NCBI GenBank assembly: GCA_038064435.1
Contig: JBBTTC010000003.1
Location: 9,205 to 73,204, forward strand
Direction: 5' to 3'
From: Patescibacteria group bacterium
GTDB lineage: Bacteria > Patescibacteriota > Minisyncoccia > Phycocordibacterales > JACOZG01
DNA length: 64,000 bases
Each line of letters starts with the position of its first letter. Within the stretch, counting starts at the first letter, position 1. The notes beneath the pieces were generated by a model that was given only the letters and a program-made list of their open reading frames with translations, ran no database searches and was not told the DNA's origin. Both the position numbers and the translations under genes were made by a program. This document shows, piece by piece, positions 55,601-63,626 of the stretch.

Positions 55601-56077
55601 TAAGGCCAGACGCAAACTGCTAAGTGAGCCAAAGCTATTAAGCGATCGATTAAGAATACTCGTTTGGGCCTCGGCTACCGGAGCCAACCACGATTGGGGG
55701 TTAAACCAAGCCAGTTTTGATGTGGTGTGACGAAAACTAATATCTACTTCATCCAATATGCCTGAAGGTGGACCACCGGGCTCGGGCGTGCGAATGGTGG
55801 CCGGCACCAGCGGCGCGGGATCAATATCGGGGTTAACGACACCGCTTGAATCGCCGCCCAGGAGGTCGGTTGGGTTAAAGCCGCCGCCTTGCTCGGCTTG
55901 GCAGGCTTGCTCGTCTTGTTCCAGCTGGCTGTAATCTTGCCGGCGCTCGCCCAATGCTTGTTGAGTGGGACCACTGCCACCACCGCCGAGTGACTGGAGA
56001 AATGTCGGCGTTACGGCTTGCCCCCAACTTGGCGCCAGTAGGGTGGCGAGAGCGATCAGGCTGACAATTTGTCTCAT
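52637..56077 (-). CDS. Giant secreted protein (1146 aa) with about 12 tandem Gly-rich about 20-aa repeats
   Basis: Signal peptide MRQIVSLIALATLLAPSWGQA; repeats of form GxLxxLAxxFGQ(I/V)xNLGGxFxxxLGGxGGFNxL between aa about 170-470 (DNA about 54650..55600). Confidence 0.6.
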   Translation of the reverse strand: MRQIVSLIALATLLAPSWGQAVTPTFLQSLGGGGSGPTQQALGERRQDYSQLEQDEQACQAEQGGGFNPTDLLGGDSSGVVNPDIDPAPLVPATIRTPEPGGPPSGILDEVDISFRHTTSKLAWFNPQSWLAPVAEAQTSILNRSLNSFGSLSSLRLALTQNGFSRDLTSFVGEIEAMGGNLGQVSASFQTVSDLTRIQNVSGLAEVFGQVQNLGGRFDVVLGGSNGLRNLLVQINGTGDLMGLANSFGQINNLGGNFSAILGGAGGFNRLIGSFGKIGDLNSLAGAFGQFKNLNATFGQLTGGFGGFNSLLGGLGNVRGLSSMPAMLGQLGNLGGGAGDILGGFGNFKNFFDSAGSINNLGDMTNVLGQASKLGAGLDDIVGGFDSFGQAFNSIGDLGNLSELPGTLAQVANAGGTFDTLMSQSGFGNMSELVNGFSAGGPNSILGPLAAGGNLLNDPTGLAASALAVPVVETGGLLNATQNISDTTGQIKTIEEQTQELTSQIKDLQIQICTHLKSIRRIQLNFEEKEFALDSDSRKASARALNDHKNQFIRETLNRGYEMPAAVIGASGDNKQPLYVTDSEQYVEDAITNASGGFLEQVESLSQDTNKYPHLAAAHENLAREETATYGEKLASDFTKQEFDDFVGDWNEGGWDAWLKIIQDKNNPRGVENIVRNDLDQAKSRARQIAEQERTEGQGYLPIRECVEKSSKGFCLKWRTLVPGSTIGEYTEALVTSPLRQAEQGDEAIEDFIIDELAVAGRQVKNLRLESDTGLETYDDAAGDSIFETEDPCPAPGPCPKSGWGKSSGQPVTPPELGELPANNIRRGIEGGLPGTLTGLPGIDQTFANNISDHLATNLPERITGVAPSEMENVLNIEITDILSDLDQFTNLPRRSNTDQMSQENLIKIIIDFLLDRATSPSESGTPTGSVPPTVIMSVQTPSLEQALINPIANISTIAWQTTRTNACTALNHWWGARKGNESLATGDAVSLIGEKPIRHPIQLPSITAVRVANKLTINLPAMAITDPKMLANGRQINPAITGSIGIDDQYRLVIADQNGPISIVVGGRGQINPPTATRVVDLFRQRIEALQTGTTALAQRLNAYEFYYQSSGDDGQLLIKPRLNYQLRCTARSGEEVIKEVNITR

Positions 56078-56745
56078 AAATTAAAACTCGGATGCAAGTT
56101 AATTTTTTCCTCACTCGAAAAAACAATCTCGCGATCGAGGAAATACTGATTAATTTTAGCAAATATTTGCCAAAGTTCACTGTAATGTTGGGGATAGATT
56201 CGAGCGTTCTCTAGAGCCAGGATTGGCTGATCGAAAATTTTCTCCATAGCAAAATCAAGTTCTGCCAGCCGAAGTATGGTATTTATTAATTGCAGGTGGA
56301 TATCAGCGGCGTCTTCTGGTGTCACCACGTTCACTAGTTGCCCAACGGCTTGTTGTTGGCGAAGCCGTTGGGCAACAATCATCTTAGCTGCTAGCGCGTC
56401 GTCATTTTTGATGGCGCGCACGGTTAGCGCCATTTCGTTTTGCCACTCTGGTTCGGCATAAAATCTCAAGATGTTAGCTAGTTCTAGCCCATAAGCCCGA
56501 ATGGCCGAGGGCTGAGTGGTGGCTGAAATTGTGATGTCGCTCGGCGAATATTGCCAAGCCGGTTGGGATGGTGTTGGCGCAGTGATGAGCGGTGCTGAAT
56601 TGTTGGCCCGAGCCACTAAGCTGATCAGTCGAGTATCGTCGGGCGAAAGTTTGTTGGCTACGCCACCGAGATACCACAAAAAACCCATTACGCCCACGGC
56701 CACCAACAGTCCGCCCGCCAGCAACCACATCGTTACCCGAAACAT
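56074..56745 (-). CDS. Membrane-anchored hypothetical protein (first gene of T4SS-like operon by position)
   Basis: 223 aa, N-terminal TM MFRVTMWLLAGGLLVAVGVMGFLWYL. Confidence 0.4.
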   Translation of the reverse strand: MFRVTMWLLAGGLLVAVGVMGFLWYLGGVANKLSPDDTRLISLVARANNSAPLITAPTPSQPAWQYSPSDITISATTQPSAIRAYGLELANILRFYAEPEWQNEMALTVRAIKNDDALAAKMIVAQRLRQQQAVGQLVNVVTPEDAADIHLQLINTILRLAELDFAMEKIFDQPILALENARIYPQHYSELWQIFAKINQYFLDREIVFSSEEKINLHPSFNL

Positions 56746-56791
56746 TCATTTATTATACAAGATTAGATGATCGGCGTGTTATACTTTTGTC

Positions 56792-57133
56792 GTGAAATCA
56801 ATATTGTTGGCCGTTCTCTTTTCCTTATTACTAATTGTGGTGGCGCATTGGCAGAGTCGGCAGTCACAGGCGGCCGGCTTTTTGCCGTTTGGTGGACGTG
56901 TGGCCACAGCGCTCCCCTGTTGTAATGGTTATATGATCACGGTTACCGGACCGCGCCCGGGTAGTTTCCTTTTTGGTCCCGGTTCGGTCGCGTATAAGAA
57001 TTACCAACACCTAGTTCCAGGGTCAAACGTGCTTGGTATTGCCTCACCGGGTGGTTTTTGCCAGAGCGTCTTTGGGCGCTGTGCGCCCATTCCCGTTAAT
57101 GGAACCATACTCAAAATTGGCAGCTCGCTTTAG
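56792..57133 (+). CDS. Small secreted Cys-containing protein (hypothetical)
   Basis: 113 aa, signal peptide, 5 Cys. Confidence 0.35.
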   Translation: MKSILLAVLFSLLLIVVAHWQSRQSQAAGFLPFGGRVATALPCCNGYMITVTGPRPGSFLFGPGSVAYKNYQHLVPGSNVLGIASPGGFCQSVFGRCAPIPVNGTILKIGSSL

Positions 57134-57138
57134 AGTGT

Positions 57139-57167
57139 TTGACACAAAAAAGCACATGTGATATACT
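57139..57167 (+). promoter_or_regulatory. Consensus sigma70-type promoter: TTGACA - 17 nt - TATACT
   Basis: ttgacacaaaaaagcacatgtgatatact. Confidence 0.5.
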
Positions 57168-57173
57168 CGGAGA

Positions 57174-57262
57174 ACCACTAACTAGTTTCTGGGGGTGCCT
57201 TGGGGAAAGGGGGAGAGGCCCCGGTTGTTGTCTTAAATGACGCAGCCGGGGCTATTTTTTTA
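57174..57262 (+). ncRNA. Candidate small RNA (about 90 nt) between consensus promoter and intrinsic terminator
   Basis: Transcript ...gggggtgccttggggaaagggggagaggccccggttgttgtcttaaatgacgcagccggggcUAUUUUUUU; terminator hairpin gccccgg/ccggggc at 57218..57252 + T7. Confidence 0.35.
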
Positions 57263-57692
57263 TCTTGTCGCCAACTTTAAGGCCAAAACGTTCAATCAAA
57301 CCGGCGTTTATTTCTAAAACATACTTGATTGGTGTGGGCGGTGAAACGGTGTTGGGGTAGCTGGCCGGCGATAAATTGGGGGTGATGTGGACAATCTGCC
57401 AATTGTCGTTCAGCCAAATGATGTCGAGCGGGAAATTCATATCTTTCATCCAAAAGGCCGGCTGTTCTAGCGCAGGAAAAACAAAAAGCATTCCCCCGCC
57501 GATGGCTAGTTGGTCCCGACCGCTAAGGCCGCGCTCGCGCGCGGCCGGCGTAGTTGCCGTTTCGACCGTAATTTTATGACCGTTTAAATTTAATGGAGTG
57601 ATTGAATTGAGCGATCGATAGCCAACAATCAAACCCAGAATCAGCCCAAGACCAATTCCAAGCTTTATATTTTTTGTGCTAAACATAACCAC
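57252..57692 (-). CDS. DUF192 (COG1430) family protein
   Basis: 146 aa; N-terminal TM, conserved MLFVFP...FWMKDMNFPLDIIWL core. Confidence 0.6.
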   Translation of the reverse strand: MVMFSTKNIKLGIGLGLILGLIVGYRSLNSITPLNLNGHKITVETATTPAARERGLSGRDQLAIGGGMLFVFPALEQPAFWMKDMNFPLDIIWLNDNWQIVHITPNLSPASYPNTVSPPTPIKYVLEINAGLIERFGLKVGDKIKK

Positions 57693-58438
57693 TGTTCTAA
57701 TTTTAATTCTTCAGCTCGGGCTTGCGGCCCCACGCCGCCGGCCAGCAGTATTTCTTCCGAACAAGCCAAATTGCTTTTGAGCAGTTTGCGTTTGTGGGCA
57801 AAACCACGACTGATTAAGTCAAAAAAATGTTTTCCCCCCACTTCATGCAAAAGTTTGTCCGTGATATTTTCAATTTTGATGATCGCCGAGTCAACCTTGG
57901 GTGGTGGCGAAAAACTGCCGGCTGGGACGGTGGCCACGAGCCGAGGTTGACCATAAACTTTAACCGACAGTGACAGCAGGCTCTCGCGGCCGTCGGCCGC
58001 GATGATGCGCTTGGCTACTTCGGCTTGGACCATGATCACCATTTTGTTTGGTTTAATGGCGGCCGTTAAGAATTGGCGTAAAAATTGGCCAGTGAGGTAG
58101 TACGGTAAATTGGCCACGATACTGTAACTGTTATTTTTTAACCCGACCGACGACAATCCGAGGTCGCGAATATCAGCTTCTACCAGTTGCAGTTGGCCGG
58201 AGCTGGTGGCGGCGGCAAATTTTTCAGCCAGTAAAGGAATGAGTCGGCGGTCTTTTTCTACGGCGACCACTCGGGCGCCCGTGGCCAGCAGGGCGTTGGT
58301 GAGAATGCCTCGCCCCGGACCAACCTCAAGCACCGTTTCGCCTGATTGGAGGTCAGCGGCCGCGATAATTTGCCGAAGCACGCGCGCGGAGCGTAAGAAA
58401 TGTTGGCCCAATAATTTTTGCGCTGGCGGTTGGTCCAT
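57665..58438 (-). CDS. rsmA: 16S rRNA (adenine1518/1519-N6)-dimethyltransferase
   Basis: LGQHFL, SAM motif VLEVGPGRGILT, NLPYY. Confidence 0.85.
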   Translation of the reverse strand: MDQPPAQKLLGQHFLRSARVLRQIIAAADLQSGETVLEVGPGRGILTNALLATGARVVAVEKDRRLIPLLAEKFAAATSSGQLQLVEADIRDLGLSSVGLKNNSYSIVANLPYYLTGQFLRQFLTAAIKPNKMVIMVQAEVAKRIIAADGRESLLSLSVKVYGQPRLVATVPAGSFSPPPKVDSAIIKIENITDKLLHEVGGKHFFDLISRGFAHKRKLLKSNLACSEEILLAGGVGPQARAEELKLEQWLCLAQKI

Positions 58439-58440
58439 GT

Positions 58441-60357
58441 TTAAAAGTCGATGATTGATTCGTCGGTTACTAACGCAGAGTTTATCAGGTCGGGATCAAT
58501 GTCGACCAAAAATTCGGACGGCAGATTAACTTGCCGCTGGCCATAAATGGTGCGCGTTTGGGCGTAAGACAAGTGTAAGCCATACCGCGCGCGAGTGATG
58601 GCCACATAGCACAGTCGCCGTTCTTCCTCGCTGTCGCGTTCGACTCCATCTCGACCAGCGCGTGGCGCTTGGGGAAATAGGTTTTGTTCGAGGCCGGTGA
58701 CAAATACTTGATCAAACTCAAGACCCTTGGCGGCGTGGATAGTCATAAGTTTAACGCGGTTGGTGGCGATAGTTCCCAGTTCATCTTGATCGGCGGCTAA
58801 GGCGGCCGCGGTGAGCAGTTGATTGATTCCCTCGGTTCCCGGCCAAGCATCATATTTGGTGGCCAAGCTGACGAGCTCTTTGATGTTTTGTAGGCGTTCG
58901 AGATCTTCGCCATCGCCTTTTTCCAACATTTCTTCCCAACCGGTGATGTGTAAGATTAATTTGAGCAGATTTGCGGCCGTGTGGGTCGTGGTGGCTGTTT
59001 TAATTTGTTCGAGCACAGCCGTAAATTTGTCCCACTTTTGTTGGGCCGCGGTGCTTAATGTTCCGGCTTGAGCGGAAAAAACCTTGGCCAAGGTGGCTGG
59101 TCCGATGCCCCGCGGCGGTACGTTGATAATGCGTTTAAAACTTCCTATATCTTCCGGATTCATGGCCGCTTTGACGAAGGCGAGGACGTCTTTAATTTCT
59201 CGTCGTTCAAAAAAACGTGTACCCACCACTTGGTAGGGTAAGTTGGCGTGCAACATGGCTTCTTCCAACAAGCGGGATTGAAAGTTGGCGCGATAGAGAA
59301 TAGCCACTTCACCCAACACTTGGCCGCGTTCGGCCAGCGTCGCGATGGCGTTGGCCACCGCCGCGGCCTCGCCGGTTTCGTCGAGTGTCACGCGTAAATT
59401 AATTTTCTCTCCCGGCGGGTTGCGGGTAAAAAGTTCTTTGGGTATGCGCAGATTATTTTTACTGATGATCTGCCCGGCGGCGGCGATAATATTTTGACTG
59501 GAGCGATAATTTTCTTCTAGGCGCACAATGGTGGCATCGGGATAATCTTTTTCAAACCGCATCAAGTTGCGAAAGTCGGCTCCGCGCCAAGCATAAATAG
59601 ATTGATCAATGTCGCCTACTACACACAGATTGCGATGTTTCGCCGCTAGCAATTTGACGATCTCGTATTGGGCCGGATTGGTGTCTTGATACTCGTCAAC
59701 GTGGAAGTGCGTCCAGCGTTCTTGATAGTGATGCAAAACTTCGGGATGATGGCGCAACAGCTCGAGGGTTTTGAGTAGCAGATCGTCAAAGTCTAAACTA
59801 TGTTCGGCGGCGAGCTGACGCTCGTATCTCTCCCAGATCCCGATCACCAGCCGGGGCCAAAATTCTTGGCCGATGGTTGACTGGTAGGCCGTCAGATTTG
59901 TTCCCTGTCCTTTGGCGCGGGAGATGGCGCCGAGAATTTTGCGCGGCTCAAACCGTTTGCTGTCCACACCGGCCTCACGACTGGCCAGCTTAATGGCCGC
60001 CAAGGAATCGTCTTTGTCCAGAATAGTAAAATATTTTTTCAATCCCAATCGATGGCCGTCGGCTCGCAGAATGCGCACGGCCAAAGCGTGAAAGGTCGAA
60101 ACTATGGGCATCGTGTCGTCGGGGTAAGTGTTGGCCAACAGCTTTTTCACCCGCTGATTCATTTCCTCGGCGGCTTTGTTGGTGAAAGTGATGGCCACAA
60201 TTTTGTCGGGTTCTAAGCCACGCTCGATTAAGTGTTTGATGCGATGGACGATGGCTTTGGTTTTGCCGGCGCCCGCGCCGGCGAGAACGAGTAGTGGGCC
60301 GGACTGGTGCTCGGCTACCCGTTGTTGGGCCGGATTCAGCGCTTGATTTTGCTCCAT
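58441..60357 (-). CDS. UvrD/PcrA/Rep-family ATP-dependent DNA helicase
   Basis: Motif I LVLAGAGAGKTKAIVHRI, motif II FHVDEYQDTN, motif VI VAITRAR. Confidence 0.85.
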   Translation of the reverse strand: MEQNQALNPAQQRVAEHQSGPLLVLAGAGAGKTKAIVHRIKHLIERGLEPDKIVAITFTNKAAEEMNQRVKKLLANTYPDDTMPIVSTFHALAVRILRADGHRLGLKKYFTILDKDDSLAAIKLASREAGVDSKRFEPRKILGAISRAKGQGTNLTAYQSTIGQEFWPRLVIGIWERYERQLAAEHSLDFDDLLLKTLELLRHHPEVLHHYQERWTHFHVDEYQDTNPAQYEIVKLLAAKHRNLCVVGDIDQSIYAWRGADFRNLMRFEKDYPDATIVRLEENYRSSQNIIAAAGQIISKNNLRIPKELFTRNPPGEKINLRVTLDETGEAAAVANAIATLAERGQVLGEVAILYRANFQSRLLEEAMLHANLPYQVVGTRFFERREIKDVLAFVKAAMNPEDIGSFKRIINVPPRGIGPATLAKVFSAQAGTLSTAAQQKWDKFTAVLEQIKTATTTHTAANLLKLILHITGWEEMLEKGDGEDLERLQNIKELVSLATKYDAWPGTEGINQLLTAAALAADQDELGTIATNRVKLMTIHAAKGLEFDQVFVTGLEQNLFPQAPRAGRDGVERDSEEERRLCYVAITRARYGLHLSYAQTRTIYGQRQVNLPSEFLVDIDPDLINSALVTDESIIDF

Positions 60358-60547
60358 AGGGCTGATTCTACTATAAATTACTCGCTTTCATCTTATCCAC
60401 AGACTACCGGGAGATGCCTTGCTTGGTCGCCGCTGGTGGTTATAATAGACAGCACTCGGCTTGACGGCACGGATGAAGTTTTCGGGAAGTCTGCTTATCT
60501 GAATCCGGCTTATTTTTTCAACACTTTTTGATTATTGTCGTCGATAT

Positions 60548-61537
60548 TTGTCTTTTTTTACCGGCCTAGCCGTTCTTTTTTTGTTGTTAATAGCCCACTC
60601 GGCTGAGGCGGGTATCGCTTCTTTTGTTGAGGATCTTTTTGAGCTAAGGGCCGTTTATTCGGCTGCCGCCATTCAACCCAATTCGCAAACAATCGAATTG
60701 GTTGAGGGGCCGCTTAACGCTGGCCATAGTCGCGCTCGCGGCGGCGGCGAGGCCACTATTGTTGAGGATAGCGCTATTTTGGCGGACATTAGTCCGGCCT
60801 ATGGTGGAGCGCTCGATGAGTCGGCCAGCGACGAGATCAGTGTCTACGTGGTGCGCACTGGCGATACTCTGTCCGAGATTGCCGACATGTTTAATGTTTC
60901 GGTCAATACTATTTTGTGGGCCAATGATCTAAGGCGCAGTGATTTGGTGCCGGCCGGTCAAACTCTCGTGATTTTACCCATCTCTGGTGTTCAGCATCGG
61001 GTGATAAGTGGCGACACCATAGCGTCTATCGCCAAAAAATATCATGCCGATGCGGTGGAGATCACTGATTTTAATGGTTTAATTGTCGGCCAAACCCTAA
61101 TGGTGGGTGAGATTGTGATGGTGCCGGACGGTGAACTGATTATTGATGTGCCGGTAGGTAAACCAGCTCCCGGGGGTGGCGGCAAGAAATATGCTGGCTA
61201 CTATTTGCGGCCGATTAGCGGGGGGGTCAAAACTCAAGGCTTGCATGGTTACAATGGCGTGGATCTAGCCACTTATCTCGGCGCGCCAATTTATGCTGCG
61301 GCTGATGGCGAGGTGGTGATCAGCAAATCCAGTGGCTGGAACGGTGGTTATGGTCAGTACGTCGTGATCCGTCACGCTAACGGCACACAAACTCTCTATG
61401 CTCACAATAGTCGGAATCTGGTACGAGTGGGGCAAAAGGTGACGCGCGGCCAGGCCATTGCTCAAATTGGCTCCACCGGTAAGTCCACCGGCCCGCATAT
61501 CCACTTCGAAGTCCGCGGCGCCGCTAATCCGTTTTAG
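60548..61537 (+). CDS. LysM-domain peptidase M23 (secreted murein endopeptidase)
   Basis: Signal peptide; two LysM (YVVRTGDTLSEIADMFNVSVNTILWAN; HRVISGDTIASIAKKY); M23 motifs HNGVDLA, HIHFEV. Confidence 0.8.
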   Translation: MSFFTGLAVLFLLLIAHSAEAGIASFVEDLFELRAVYSAAAIQPNSQTIELVEGPLNAGHSRARGGGEATIVEDSAILADISPAYGGALDESASDEISVYVVRTGDTLSEIADMFNVSVNTILWANDLRRSDLVPAGQTLVILPISGVQHRVISGDTIASIAKKYHADAVEITDFNGLIVGQTLMVGEIVMVPDGELIIDVPVGKPAPGGGGKKYAGYYLRPISGGVKTQGLHGYNGVDLATYLGAPIYAAADGEVVISKSSGWNGGYGQYVVIRHANGTQTLYAHNSRNLVRVGQKVTRGQAIAQIGSTGKSTGPHIHFEVRGAANPF

Positions 61538-61570
61538 CTAAGTTTGACCTAATTCATCGGGCCTGATAGA

Positions 61571-61822
61571 TTGTGGCCAATGAATTACTATACTTATCGC
61601 ACAATTATTGAGCCGGACGGCAAGAAATTTCATGGTTATGTGCCAGCCTTACCGGGTTGCCACACTTTTGGCCGGACCATTCCTGAAACCAAAAAACATC
61701 TGCGCGAAGCCATCGAGCTTTATCTCGATGAGATTATGGCCGGTGGTGAAAAGGTGCCGGCCGACTCTAGTTTTGAATCTTTTGAAACAATCGCTCTGAT
61801 TGATCGTAGGGTTCGTGTCTAA
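61571..61822 (+). CDS. hicB: HicB-family antitoxin
   Basis: YTYRTIIEPDGKKFHGYVPALPGCHTFGRTIPETKKHLREAIELYLDE is canonical HicB/UPF0150. Confidence 0.75.
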   Translation: MWPMNYYTYRTIIEPDGKKFHGYVPALPGCHTFGRTIPETKKHLREAIELYLDEIMAGGEKVPADSSFESFETIALIDRRVRV

Positions 61823-62036
61823 ACAACGTCAGGTAAAAGCCGATCAATTAGTTAAGGCGTTGGCGAAAAATGGTTTCAGCAAACTCCGCACGCGCGGAAG
61901 CCATTTATTGATGGGCCACAGTGATGGTCGTAAAACGGTAATACCGATGCATGGCGGCCGCGATGTTCCCACGGGAACTCTCAAGGCCATACTTAAGGAT
62001 ATTAGTCTAAGCTTTAACGATTTATTTAAAAAGTAG
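61800..62036 (+). CDS. hicA: HicA-family toxin
   Basis: VKALAKNGFSKLRTRGSHLLMGHSDGRKTVIPMHGGRDVPTGTLKAILKDI is canonical HicA/YcfA. Confidence 0.75.
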   Translation: MIVGFVSKQRQVKADQLVKALAKNGFSKLRTRGSHLLMGHSDGRKTVIPMHGGRDVPTGTLKAILKDISLSFNDLFKK

Positions 62037-62077
62037 CTCCTATTTTTACCATGAGGGTTCCCTTTGGGGAGTTCACA

Positions 62078-62722
62078 TTAAATTGAGGCGTTGGGGTTTG
62101 TGTTGGTGGGGGTCGGATCGTGTTCTTTAATTCTGGCTCGGCACAGGCTCTCGATTTGGTACGGGCGTTCTATTTGGATCATGCCTATTTCGTCAGGAAC
62201 GTAGCGCTCTGGCCTATTTTTTTGACTCTTGTAGTGTCCAGTTCTCATGGCCAAGTTCACATTACCAAGATTTTCGTTTCCCGAAACTGCCACATCACCA
62301 TTAAATTGGTCCCAGTCAATCGAGCGACTGCCGCCTTTAGTATAAATGACTAGTCGATTGGGAGTTCCCGCAAACCAGGCATCACCCCCAAAGATTCCCC
62401 GCAACGAGATCCAAAGCAAGAAAAGCCCAATTAGGTCAAATAGAGCTGGAAACAGGAGTATCAGGCCCGGTTTAGTGGCAGTTCTGGGTTCACCGTTTAG
62501 TTCGTAATGTATCTCGCCCCCGGAGAACAATTGAGTCACGAAAATATAGGTCATAAAACCACTGATTGTTAGCCAGACGATCGCGAAAAACAGCATCATT
62601 ATGCTTCCACCCAATGGTGTAGCTCTTTTGGCGTGTGCTACGAAATCTGGCTTCTCGCCGCCCAGCAATTCTTCGATTGGTGCTGCGATATTGGCCATGG
62701 TTTGGTAATGATTATGGCACAA
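62078..62722 (-). CDS. Hypothetical membrane protein
   Basis: 214 aa, 3 TM helices. Confidence 0.4.
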   Translation of the reverse strand: MCHNHYQTMANIAAPIEELLGGEKPDFVAHAKRATPLGGSIMMLFFAIVWLTISGFMTYIFVTQLFSGGEIHYELNGEPRTATKPGLILLFPALFDLIGLFLLWISLRGIFGGDAWFAGTPNRLVIYTKGGSRSIDWDQFNGDVAVSGNENLGNVNLAMRTGHYKSQKNRPERYVPDEIGMIQIERPYQIESLCRARIKEHDPTPTNTNPNASI

Positions 62723-63611
62723 AGTTCACTATTTGGTCTATCGTGTTGTTGTTTTCGTTACTCTCGGTGACTTTGTTGTCGTAATCTAATGCAAAATGGA
62801 CATTTTTTGGGCCCGGTGTGGCATCTCCAGTTAATAGTAGATAGCCAGAGTAAGAAATGGTAAAACGTTTTGTTTCTCCGGGGGCAATTGTGCCAGTTAT
62901 AAAACCTGTTTGCTCGGCGGATTTCTTAGTTCCGATAAGCGCTTTAGTGTTAATAGAACCGGTGAATGTCTTGGTGCCATTATTCTTAAAACGGGCCTCA
63001 ATTTTTACGGTTTTATCACCAGCTTTGGGTGGTGATGGTGTAACTTGTATATCCATCACCATCAAATCAACCTTACCATTAGTGGTTGGTTGAGGGGCAT
63101 TTTGTGTATTTGCTGGTTGACCAAATGAGCGTTGAATCGAAGCCGGAAAATCTAATTTCCACACCCCGTTTTCATTTGAAAACACGTAGTCCCCGCTGGC
63201 ATGGTCTCCATCTTCATCAACACAGTCGCCGGTGACAATAATTTGGTTACCGGCCTCAACCTCTTTTTCATAAGTCATATCCACACAGCGCAAACTAAAA
63301 TCCGGGGTGGAAATCATTTGTTGTGAGCCAGCCGTAAAATATTTTGCCAAATTATTAAGCGGTAGTTTTTGTTGAATCCCGAGTCTGATTTGTTCAAAAG
63401 CCAACTTAGCTCCACTGGCCCCAATGTTTTCTGCTGGCTGTGTGGGAGCGGAACCCCCCATTTCTGTTTCGGTGTTTCTTTCGTCGGTAGCGGTCGGTAT
63501 TGGCGATGGCGCTTTAGATTTTTGCTGAAAGTAAACCCCGCCACCAACTACTACTAGCACAATAATTATAGCGACAAGCATCTTTTTCATATACGAACAA
63601 TCATACCACAC
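62712..63611 (-). CDS. Secreted protein with C-terminal CARDB-like domain
   Basis: N-terminal TM/signal; C-terminal VDLMVMDIQVTPSPPKAGDKTVKIEARFKNNG...ESNENNNT resembles CARDB (ends E.NE.NN). Confidence 0.5.
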   Translation of the reverse strand: MWYDCSYMKKMLVAIIIVLVVVGGGVYFQQKSKAPSPIPTATDERNTETEMGGSAPTQPAENIGASGAKLAFEQIRLGIQQKLPLNNLAKYFTAGSQQMISTPDFSLRCVDMTYEKEVEAGNQIIVTGDCVDEDGDHASGDYVFSNENGVWKLDFPASIQRSFGQPANTQNAPQPTTNGKVDLMVMDIQVTPSPPKAGDKTVKIEARFKNNGTKTFTGSINTKALIGTKKSAEQTGFITGTIAPGETKRFTISYSGYLLLTGDATPGPKNVHFALDYDNKVTESNENNNTIDQIVNFVP

Positions 63612-63626
63612 CCCACTTCGTTGTTT

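Noticed and set aside
57174-57262. 4.5S SRP RNA, 6S RNA or tmRNA identity for the sRNA candidate
   Set aside because: It lacks the conserved SRP domain IV motif (GGAAGCAGC-like), it is too short for 6S or tmRNA, and it has no tRNA-like ends.
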